A DNA stretch of 64,000 bases from Tissierellales bacterium. GTDB taxonomy: Bacteria; Bacillota; Clostridia; Tissierellales; DATGTQ01. Shown in pieces: positions 52,082 to 60,022 of the stretch; position 1 is the stretch's first letter; each line of letters begins with the position of its first letter. The stretch covers positions 300-64,299 of the forward strand of contig DATGTQ010000130.1 of assembly GCA_035301805.1 (NCBI GenBank), in the 5' to 3' direction. The position numbers and the translations under genes were made by a program. Under the pieces are notes generated by a model. It saw only the letters and a program-made list of their open reading frames with translations, did no database searches and had not been told where the DNA came from.

Positions 52082-52756
52082 ATGATTTCTATAATTATAC
52101 CAATTTTAAATGAAGAAGGAACAATAGAAAAGACTTTAGATCAGCTGAGCAAGCTAGAAGGAGATAAAGAAATTATAGTTGTAGACGGTGGTAGTACCGA
52201 TAATACAGTTGAAATTGCAAATAAGTATTGTACTGTAATAAATAGTCCTAAGGGAAGGGCAAGACAGATGAATTGTGGTGCCCAAATAGCAAAGGGAAAT
52301 ATATTATGGTTTTTCCATTCTGATTCTAAAGCATCTGTAGATTCTTTAAACAGCATAAAAAATACTATTGATGATGGATATATCGGTGGAGGATTTCAGT
52401 TATATTTCTATGATTTAGATACCTTATTTATGAAATTCATTGCTAAGACATCAAATATAAGAGCTAAATATTTTCATTTGTTTTTTGGAGATCAAGGTAT
52501 ATTTGTAAGAAAAGATGTATTTGAATATATGAATGGATATAAGGATATAGAGCTTATGGAAGACTTTGACTTTTCTAGAAGATTTCATAAACTAGGAAAG
52601 ACTAAAATGACAGAATCTAAAATTGGCACATCGGCTAGAAGGTTCAACTCTGGTGGTCAACTAAAGACTTTTTTCCTTATGAAAAAGATACAATTATTGT
52701 ATATATTAGGAACACCACCTTCAAAACTAAATCAGATGTATAGAGAGGTGAGATAA
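52082..52756 (+). CDS. Family 2 glycosyltransferase-like protein (resembles TIGR04283, 'rSAM/selenodomain-associated transferase 2')
   Basis: ISIIIPILNEE...EIIVVDGGSTDNTVEIA...SPKGRARQMNCGAQIAKGNILWFFHSDS. The GRA.QMN.GA motif is what I remember as characteristic of that subfamily. Confidence 0.65.
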   Translation: MISIIIPILNEEGTIEKTLDQLSKLEGDKEIIVVDGGSTDNTVEIANKYCTVINSPKGRARQMNCGAQIAKGNILWFFHSDSKASVDSLNSIKNTIDDGYIGGGFQLYFYDLDTLFMKFIAKTSNIRAKYFHLFFGDQGIFVRKDVFEYMNGYKDIELMEDFDFSRRFHKLGKTKMTESKIGTSARRFNSGGQLKTFFLMKKIQLLYILGTPPSKLNQMYREVR

Positions 52757-53440
52757 GTGAATGCTTTAATTCTTATGACTAGGATACCGATACCCGGCAA
52801 GACAAAAACTAGACTAATGGATATATTAACAGGAATTGAATGTGCAGAAATTCATAAGGCTTTTTTATTAGATCTATTTAATCTATTCAATTATTTGAAA
52901 GATGATGTAGATATATACCTTACCTATACACCAGAAGATTCTTTTCACATTTTCGGAGATATGATTCCAAACTATATTAAAACCTTTCCCCAAAAAGGTG
53001 GAGACTTAGGTGAAAAAATGAGAAATGCTATGGAAGAAGTTTTAGACAAAGGATATGACTCGGTAATATTAATAGGCTCCGATATACCTAATATTCAACC
53101 AGATGACATATATAAGGCTTTTGATTTATTAGAAGAGAATGATATTTGTTTAGGACCGAGTTTTGATGGAGGATATTATTTGATTGGTATGAAAAGATTA
53201 TACTCTGTAATATTTGATAATGATTTAAAATGGGGTAAAAAATCTGTTCTTGAAAGGACTGTTGATATAGCAAATAGGGAGGGGCTTTCAGTAGGTTTAG
53301 CTATCAAGCATATGGATATTGATACAAAAGAAGACTTATTAAAGTTTTCTGAAGAAATGGAAAAGAATAATAAAAATATGATTATTCCACAAAATACCTT
53401 GGAATATATTCAGAATATGGAGTGGATTCATTATGCTTAA
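52757..53440 (+). CDS. DUF2064 / CofC-like nucleotidyltransferase-fold protein (resembles TIGR04282, 'rSAM/selenodomain-associated transferase 1')
   Basis: LILMTRIPIPGKTKTRLMDIL N-terminus, QKGGDLGEKM, LIGSDIPNI, and GPSFDGGYYLIG are the DUF2064 hallmarks. GTG start directly after the GT2 stop, preceded by GAGAGGTGA. Confidence 0.7.
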   Translation: MNALILMTRIPIPGKTKTRLMDILTGIECAEIHKAFLLDLFNLFNYLKDDVDIYLTYTPEDSFHIFGDMIPNYIKTFPQKGGDLGEKMRNAMEEVLDKGYDSVILIGSDIPNIQPDDIYKAFDLLEENDICLGPSFDGGYYLIGMKRLYSVIFDNDLKWGKKSVLERTVDIANREGLSVGLAIKHMDIDTKEDLLKFSEEMEKNNKNMIIPQNTLEYIQNMEWIHYA

Positions 53441-54446
53441 AGAGAATCTAATAAATAAAATTAATGAATATATTAATAAATATAGGAATAAAAATGTTTT
53501 AAATATTAATGTTGGAGAAGATTATAATGTTTCATTTTTAGCTCAAGGAGAGTATAATATAAATTTTATTCTAGAATCTAATTTAAATAAAAATGTTTTT
53601 AGAGTTAATACTGGGAGTCAATTAGAATTAAAAAATCAAATAAAATATGAATATTGTGCATTAAAATCATTAGAGGTATCCGGTGTTACGCCAAAAGTAT
53701 ATTACGTAGATGATACTAAGAATTATTTTGATTATGGAATTCTAATAATGGAATTTTTAGAAGGAAGACCATTAGAGTATAATAAAGACCTTAAAAAGGC
53801 AGGAAAAATATTTTCTAAAATACACTCTATTGACTTAAATAAAATAAATAATGATAACTTTATTGTAGAGTCAAATATTTTTACAGAGAGAGTTAAAGAA
53901 GCAGAAAGACTATTAGATAAATTTTGGGATTCATCTATTGTAAATATAGAATTAAAAAGATATTTTGATAGATTTCTTAATTGGGCTATAAAGAATAAAG
54001 CAAAGGAAAAATATTTTATTGAAAATAAATGGCATGTAATAAATAATACAGAGGTTAATTCTCATAATTTTATTATAGGCGATAATGGAAATTATCTAAT
54101 AGACTGGGAGAAACCGGTTATTAGTGATCCTTGTCAAGATTTAACTCAATTTTTAGCGCCTACTACTACTTTATGGAGGGCTGATTACTTATTAAGTAAG
54201 GAAGAGGAAGAAAGTTTTTTTAAAGAATATATAGATGGCTTGGGAGGAGAAGATAGAAATATTAGGGATAGAGTCTATATGTATAATCCATATTTATATT
54301 TAAGAGCATTGTCTTGGTGTGCATATGCATATATAGAATATCATGATCCAAACAAAGAAATTAAGAATATGGATACTTTTAATAAAGTAAAAGAATATTT
54401 GCAAATAGATTTTATGGATGATCTTTTAAAAGATTATTTGGTTTAA
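53433..54446 (+). CDS. Phosphotransferase-family (APH / choline-kinase-like) small-molecule kinase
   Basis: The N-lobe (FLAQGEYNINFIL...VFRVN) and C-lobe (...NFIIGDNGNYLIDWEKPVISDPCQDLTQFL) match the APH/ChoK fold. Its start overlaps the upstream stop by 8 nt. Confidence 0.65.
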   Translation: MLKENLINKINEYINKYRNKNVLNINVGEDYNVSFLAQGEYNINFILESNLNKNVFRVNTGSQLELKNQIKYEYCALKSLEVSGVTPKVYYVDDTKNYFDYGILIMEFLEGRPLEYNKDLKKAGKIFSKIHSIDLNKINNDNFIVESNIFTERVKEAERLLDKFWDSSIVNIELKRYFDRFLNWAIKNKAKEKYFIENKWHVINNTEVNSHNFIIGDNGNYLIDWEKPVISDPCQDLTQFLAPTTTLWRADYLLSKEEEESFFKEYIDGLGGEDRNIRDRVYMYNPYLYLRALSWCAYAYIEYHDPNKEIKNMDTFNKVKEYLQIDFMDDLLKDYLV

Positions 54447-54511
54447 TGATACTACAACTAATTTTTATGACCTTGAAACATATAAAAAGTGGATATAAAA
54501 GGAGATTATAA

Positions 54512-55099
54512 ATGTTAGATACTTATGGGAGAAAATATATAAGCGCTCTAATTAAAAATGTTGCAGACTTTTTTATCAAATTAAACTTTACAGCAAATCA
54601 AATTACTAAATTAGCCTTTATTATTGGTATATTCTCAGGAGTATTTGTCTATTTTGACAAAGCTGTAATGGCTGTAGTAGTTCTTTGGGTATCTGGGCTC
54701 TTAGATGCAGTAGATGGAGAAATTGCTCGACGACAAAAAGATACTACAGATTGGGGAACAGTTATGGATATAACTTTTGATAGGATAGTAGAAATTTCTG
54801 TAATAATAGGATTAGGATTAAGATATACAGATTCAAGAATCCATTTGTTATTTTTATCATGTTCAATAATTATTTCAATGACTATTTTTTTAACTGTAGG
54901 TGCTCTTTCTGAAAAAAAGAGTAGTAAGTCTTTCTATTATCAGGCTGGTATTATGGAAAGAACAGAAGGGTTTATTATGTTTACATTAATGATACTATTT
55001 AGTGGTAAATTAAGTCTATTTACGGTAATATACGCAGTATTGGTGTTTATAACAGCTATGCAAAGATTAGCAGAGGCAAAGGATATACTTGAAGATTAA
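54512..55099 (+). CDS. CDP-alcohol phosphotransferase family membrane protein
   Basis: The complete signature D-x2-DG-x2-AR-x8-G-x3-D-x3-D is present in DAVDGEIARRQKDTTDWGTVMDITFDR. 195 aa with several TMs. Confidence 0.85.
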   Translation: MLDTYGRKYISALIKNVADFFIKLNFTANQITKLAFIIGIFSGVFVYFDKAVMAVVVLWVSGLLDAVDGEIARRQKDTTDWGTVMDITFDRIVEISVIIGLGLRYTDSRIHLLFLSCSIIISMTIFLTVGALSEKKSSKSFYYQAGIMERTEGFIMFTLMILFSGKLSLFTVIYAVLVFITAMQRLAEAKDILED

Positions 55100-55582
55100 T
55101 ATTAGGTGCTTTGTAAGACTTTTCTTGTATTATTAAATTATATTTGAACTTTTAAATGACAAAAGTTTATCAAGTATATCTATAAGGTTTTCATATTCAT
55201 AAATAAAATGAATTTAATTATGTAATTAAATTGTATTACAATGTCAATACAACTGTATAAGTAATTGGTTTTTTTGAGATCTATTTAAAAGTGGGGATTT
55301 TTGTAGTCCATATTTTGTAAACTTGGTTTATATTAGGATTTCAATTGGTCTCTACTAGGTATGAATTTTAGTGGACGACTTTCTGATTTCAACCTTTTAC
55401 ATATATCAACTAATATATAATATTTTAGAATCTATTATATATAATCAGAAGATGATACTAAAGGCAATGTGTTTAGGATGATTTATCATAACAATTTATT
55501 AAGTAGAATGACTTAAATAAATAGAGTTAATAGTAAATATGGAAAGAATATAAATAAATTTTTATCATGTTTTCTCGCGTTT

Positions 55583-55771
55583 ATGATGATTTTTTCCATA
55601 GAAGAAGTAAATGAAGTAGAGGAAGCAATTAATAAAGCTATAAAAGCTTTAAAAGAGGAAAACCAGAAGAACCAGGGTTTCCCCATTATTTCATTAATCC
55701 ATCACGTCAACAAACTTTCAGGGGTTACTTCCAACACATGGAGATGTATGCTGAAAGCATTGAAAAATTAA
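55583..55771 (+). other. Doubtful 62-aa ORF, possibly a frameshifted small gene
   Basis: No SD is visible. A second frame (+2) stays open from 55636 to the TAG at 55831 and encodes an E/P/Q-rich tail. A-runs at 55641-55663 could host a frameshift. Confidence 0.2.
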
Positions 55772-55935
55772 AGGACTCAAAAGAACCACAAGAACCGGGA
55801 CAACTAGAACAACTGGAACCAAAGAGGAGATAGAATATTTTTTTAGATGATATTAATTTAATTCTAAGATTAGGTGCTTTTACATATTTATGTTATAATC
55901 AATCCATAAGTGTCAAAAAAAGAGGAGGGGTCTCG

Positions 55936-56532
55936 TTGAGGAATAAAAAAACGTTATCAATTATTTTAATTGCAATTTTATTAATTAGTATTACTGGATG
56001 TAGTGGTCCTGATCCAAAAGAAACAGTAGAGGCTTATTTAGAAACAGTAAAAAAAGGGGAGCTTGAAGAATCAGAGAAGTATCTGGTAGATGGTAGTTCA
56101 GATATTGATAAAGACAATGATTTAGATGAAGAAAGTGAAGAATTATTAGATGAAATTACTAATAATATCTTTAGTAAAGTAGAATATGAATTGTCTGATT
56201 CAGAAGTTGATGGTGATAAGGCAGAAGTTGAAGCAAAAATAACAGCTCCAGATCTTGAGAAAGTAATTTATGAGGTTTTTGGAGATTCCTTTATGATGAC
56301 TTTAATGGAGTTTATGGATGAAGAAGGGGAAATAAACGAAGAAGAGCTTGAAAAACGAATAATGGATAAATTTAAAAATATATTAAATAAAGAGGATTTA
56401 GAAACAGTTACGCAGAATGTTAAAATTAATTTGGAGAAAAAAGAAAATGAATGGTTAATAGTGATGGATGATGATTTATTAAATGCATTATCAGGTAATT
56501 TATTTAATACTATAGACCTTTTAAGTCAGTAG
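55936..56532 (+). CDS. Acidic lipoprotein of unknown function (DUF4878-like)
   Basis: TTG start after GAGGAGGGG. Lipobox ITGC. ETVEAYLETVKKGELEESEKYLV is the typical opening of NTF2-like DUF4878 lipoproteins as I remember them. Confidence 0.55.
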   Translation: MRNKKTLSIILIAILLISITGCSGPDPKETVEAYLETVKKGELEESEKYLVDGSSDIDKDNDLDEESEELLDEITNNIFSKVEYELSDSEVDGDKAEVEAKITAPDLEKVIYEVFGDSFMMTLMEFMDEEGEINEEELEKRIMDKFKNILNKEDLETVTQNVKINLEKKENEWLIVMDDDLLNALSGNLFNTIDLLSQ

Positions 56533-56560
56533 GACAAGTTAGGACTTATTTATAAATGAA

Positions 56561-56665
56561 TATAAATTTAGGGGTGCTTATATTGATAGGCTGAGATAGA
56601 AATGTTATTTCTGACTCTGTGAACCTGATTTGGGTAATTCCAATGGAGGGATATATTAATTTATA
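56561..56665 (+). promoter_or_regulatory. TPP (THI-box) riboswitch aptamer
   Basis: GGGGTGC (56571), CTGAGA (56591), and ACTCTGTGAACCTGATTTGGGTAATTCCAATGGAGGGA (56614-56651) match the conserved THI-element cores (GGGGUGC...CUGAGA...ACCUGAU.UGG.UAAU.CCA...GGGA). A P1 candidate pairs tataaatt (56561-56568) with aatttata (56658-56665). Confidence 0.85.
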
Positions 56666-56675
56666 TAGTGATGAT

Positions 56676-56713
56676 AAAAAGCTATGTACCTTTGTTGGGT
56701 GCATAGCTTTTTA
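56676..56713 (+). terminator. Riboswitch expression-platform terminator
   Basis: aaaagctatgtacc (56677-56690) pairs with ggtgcatagctttt (56698-56711) in a 14-bp stem with one G-U pair, ending in a U run. Confidence 0.8.
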
Positions 56714-56845
56714 GGTACAAATAAAGATTAAATTAAGCTGATTTATAAATGAATAAAATTTATCTATGCTAAGAATATTTTATTATTAAATGAATACCTA
56801 TATAAAATAGAACGATTATATTAAATTACATATGGAGGCATTAAA

Positions 56846-57088
56846 ATGAATAATTCTATTTTATATGAAAATATTTATTCCGCCCTTTTAAGGTTAGCAG
56901 AGAAAAATAGTTTAAGGAGGGTAAATAATATAAAGATTTTGGTAAATAAAAATATTGATATTAGTGAAAAAGACCTTCTTAAATATCTAAAGATTGAAAA
57001 TAATATTTTATTTGGAGAATGGACATCCATAGATATTGAAAAAGATGAAATAGAAATAATTAAAGCAGTTATAAAAGTTGTAGATTAA
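56846..57088 (+). CDS. Hypothetical protein (80 aa), first ORF downstream of the TPP riboswitch
   Basis: ATG after GGAGGC. No family recognised. It shows a loose resemblance to the N-terminal domain of HypA-like proteins but has no metal-binding motif. Confidence 0.5.
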   Translation: MNNSILYENIYSALLRLAEKNSLRRVNNIKILVNKNIDISEKDLLKYLKIENNILFGEWTSIDIEKDEIEIIKAVIKVVD

Positions 57089-57149
57089 CTCTGATTTTAT
57101 GATATAATTAACAATGTTATATACTGAAGATATAAAAGGAGGAGAACCT

Positions 57150-57692
57150 ATGATAAAGACAATAAAGAAGAAATTTGACATGGTTGAAATGCTATATTAC
57201 TACTGGCAAGTGACTAGTGAAAGAGGTAAAGTAGGAGAGGCTTATATAATAGATGTAGCAAACAGATTAGAAATGAAGTACATTTATGATGAAGAATTTA
57301 ATGAAGAAGAAGCAAGAAAAGTATTAAGTTGTATATCTAATAGTGAGCCTTTAAACAGTAAATCTCGTAAGGCTAGGAAATTCTGGAACAATAATATGTG
57401 GATGTTAGAGGATTTAGAATATACAGATATGATGATAACTCCTGTAAAAACCTTAAATTTAGATTCTTTAATTGATAAAATAAATACAAGGATTGAAAAT
57501 CCTAAATATGAGGAAGTAGAAGTTTTGTTTATACCGTCTACAGATGAAGAATATCTAATTAAAGAAAATAAATTGATAATTAATTTCTTTAGAGTTAAAC
57601 CAGATTTATATGAAGAGGGAAAAGTAACTATAGGAGAACTACCTTTTATTGATTTTATTGAAGAAAAATTAATTGAGTTACTTGGTGAATAA
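57150..57692 (+). CDS. Hypothetical protein (180 aa)
   Basis: ATG 57150 follows AAAGGAGGAG. Soluble and acidic. No family recognised. Confidence 0.55.
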   Translation: MIKTIKKKFDMVEMLYYYWQVTSERGKVGEAYIIDVANRLEMKYIYDEEFNEEEARKVLSCISNSEPLNSKSRKARKFWNNNMWMLEDLEYTDMMITPVKTLNLDSLIDKINTRIENPKYEEVEVLFIPSTDEEYLIKENKLIINFFRVKPDLYEEGKVTIGELPFIDFIEEKLIELLGE

Positions 57693-57714
57693 GTGAATAA
57701 ACAAGTTCTTAACT

Positions 57715-57755
57715 TTTAGGAGAAAATATTATATTTTCTCCTAAATTATTTTTTA
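57715..57755 (+). terminator. Rho-independent terminator
   Basis: tttaggagaaaatat-t-atattttctcctaaa followed by ttatttttt. Confidence 0.75.
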
Positions 57756-57808
57756 TAATGGTATAATTAAGTAGTATTGCCAAAAAGGTAATAAAGGAGT
57801 TGTTCATT

Positions 57809-59563
57809 TTGAAATTAGAAACATTATTATTTAATACTGTGAAGTATTTAAAAGAAAGCCTTAAACGTTTTCCAGTAACAATATTAACTTCAACTGCTTT
57901 AGTTATTATGCTTATAATAACTGGGGAACAATCTTCTACTCTAAATAGTGAAACTTTAAGTATTTTAGAAAGAATAAATATGGTAATAGGTCTTGGTATA
58001 CCATTATCTTTGTGTATTAAATTAGTATTTGAAAGAAAGAATGGAAAAAATCAATATAAATTATTAGGGCATATTTTAGGTGCAGGATTTTTGATACTAT
58101 ATTATTTTTATTTTTTATCAGAAATTAATATGGTAAGTCGTACAAGATATATTGCTATAAGTTTATTTTTATATATAGCATTTATGTATATACCATGGTT
58201 AGGAAATAAAAAGGATTATGAATATTATGTTGTAAAAGTTCTAGGAAGTTTCTTTATTACAGCTATTTATTCATTTGTATTGTATATTGGATTTACAGCT
58301 ATAATTTTTTCTATTGATAAACTTTTTTTAATAAATATAGAAGGAAGATTATATTATTATATGTTTTTAGTTATAGTTGGAATTTTTGCACCATCATATT
58401 TTTTAGCAAAACTACCAAATAATAATGAGAATTTTTCTAATAACAAACTACCAAAAGCATTTAAAATATTACTTTTATATATAATTATACCGCTAATTGT
58501 TATATACACTGCTATACTCTACGCATATTTTATAAAAATAATAGTTACGAGGAATTGGCCTATTAATTTAATATCTCATTTAGTACTATGGTATTCAATT
58601 GTAACAGTAGGAGTTATTTTCTTTATTACACCAATAATTAAAGAAGATAAAGTGGCTGAATACTTTGTAAAATGGTTTCCCAATATTATTATTCCGATTA
58701 TTTTAATGATGTTTTCATCTATGTATATTAGGATAAATGCCTATGGGATAACAGAAAACAGATATTTTGTGTTAGTACTTGGCTTATGGGTATTTGCCAT
58801 GATGATATATTTTGGATTTAGAAAAAGATTTAGAAATATAATAGTACCAATTTCAATGTCTATTTTAGTATTAATTTCAGTAATAGGACCTTTAAGTAGT
58901 TATTCAATATCTAAATATAGTCAAAATAAAAGACTGGAAAGGATTCTTATAAGAAATAATATGATTGAAGATAATAAAATTATAAAATCTAATTCCAGCA
59001 TTTCTTCAGAAGATAAAGCAGAAATAAGTAGCATATTAGATTATTTTAAAAATAATCATGATGTAAATAATATAAAATATCTTTCTAGTGATTTTAAAAT
59101 TAATGATATGGAGAGGGTTTTTGGTTTTTCTTATACCTATGATGTTCAAGGAGAAGATATGAATAGCTATTTTTATTATGATAATGATAAAATAGGAAAT
59201 GTATTAGAGGTACGAGGATTTGATTATTTTGCAAATATTAATAACTATGTTGATGAAGTAAAAATATCTACAGATACAGTACTAAAATTTGATTTTGATA
59301 AGTTTACATTCAAAATTATAGATAAAGAAAATGATATATATGAAAGAAATTTTTATGATTTTGTAGAGATAATTAATAGTAAATATGAAGGTAAAAATGG
59401 AAGTAAAGACATTGTAGATCCAAAAGATTTAATTTTTAGTGATGAAAATAAAAAAGTTAAGGTTTTGTTTATCATTAATCATATATCGGGTTTGAAAGAT
59501 GGCTCTCAAAGAGGAACTCAAATTCAAGATGTAGAATTTAATGTGCTAATAAAAATTAAATAA
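57809..59563 (+). CDS. Large polytopic membrane protein with soluble C-terminal domain (DUF4153-like)
   Basis: About 10-12 hydrophobic helices over the first 370 aa, then a soluble domain of about 200 aa. The TTG at 57809 lies 9 nt after AAGGAG. The family name is from memory only. Confidence 0.55.
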   Translation: MKLETLLFNTVKYLKESLKRFPVTILTSTALVIMLIITGEQSSTLNSETLSILERINMVIGLGIPLSLCIKLVFERKNGKNQYKLLGHILGAGFLILYYFYFLSEINMVSRTRYIAISLFLYIAFMYIPWLGNKKDYEYYVVKVLGSFFITAIYSFVLYIGFTAIIFSIDKLFLINIEGRLYYYMFLVIVGIFAPSYFLAKLPNNNENFSNNKLPKAFKILLLYIIIPLIVIYTAILYAYFIKIIVTRNWPINLISHLVLWYSIVTVGVIFFITPIIKEDKVAEYFVKWFPNIIIPIILMMFSSMYIRINAYGITENRYFVLVLGLWVFAMMIYFGFRKRFRNIIVPISMSILVLISVIGPLSSYSISKYSQNKRLERILIRNNMIEDNKIIKSNSSISSEDKAEISSILDYFKNNHDVNNIKYLSSDFKINDMERVFGFSYTYDVQGEDMNSYFYYDNDKIGNVLEVRGFDYFANINNYVDEVKISTDTVLKFDFDKFTFKIIDKENDIYERNFYDFVEIINSKYEGKNGSKDIVDPKDLIFSDENKKVKVLFIINHISGLKDGSQRGTQIQDVEFNVLIKIK

Positions 59564-59864
59564 AAAGAAAGGGTTTAAAAATTTATTAAGGAATAGAAAA
59601 ATAGTAATAAGAATAATATATTGGTAGTATGATAAGAAAATATTGCAAATAATATTAAATCAATATATAATGTGGTTAGTGGTAAAAAATTAATAAATTA
59701 TGATTTTTATTTAATAAGATAAAATGATTTATATACTATTATTAGTATAGTAATTAGTTATTATATGAGTGATAATAAAAGTATTAAATGTATAATAACA
59801 CCATTAGATATAGTATAATTAATAATATTATAACATTAAAATAATTAAACATAATAAAACTAGT

Positions 59865-59898
59865 AGCGAATAAAATATATATTTTATTCGCTTTTTTT
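59865..59898 (+). terminator. Orphan terminator-like hairpin in a very AT-rich spacer
   Basis: agcgaataaaata-t-tattttattcgct followed by ttttttt, about 300 nt after the nearest upstream stop. Confidence 0.55.
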
Positions 59899-60022
59899 AA
59901 TTCTAAAGAAATAATTAATTTTTATTTATTTAGAGGCCCTAAGTACTTTATTATTTCTTATATACATGGTACAATATATATTGTGAAATATATTTAAATA
60001 CTTTAATTGGGGTGATGTATTG

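Noticed and set aside
56539-56566. Candidate promoter for the riboswitch transcript: TTAGGA, 16 nt, TATAAA.
   Set aside because: The -10 element would coincide with the 5' arm of the best P1 stem (56561-56568), so the two models conflict. I could not decide between them from sequence alone, so I did not annotate a promoter.
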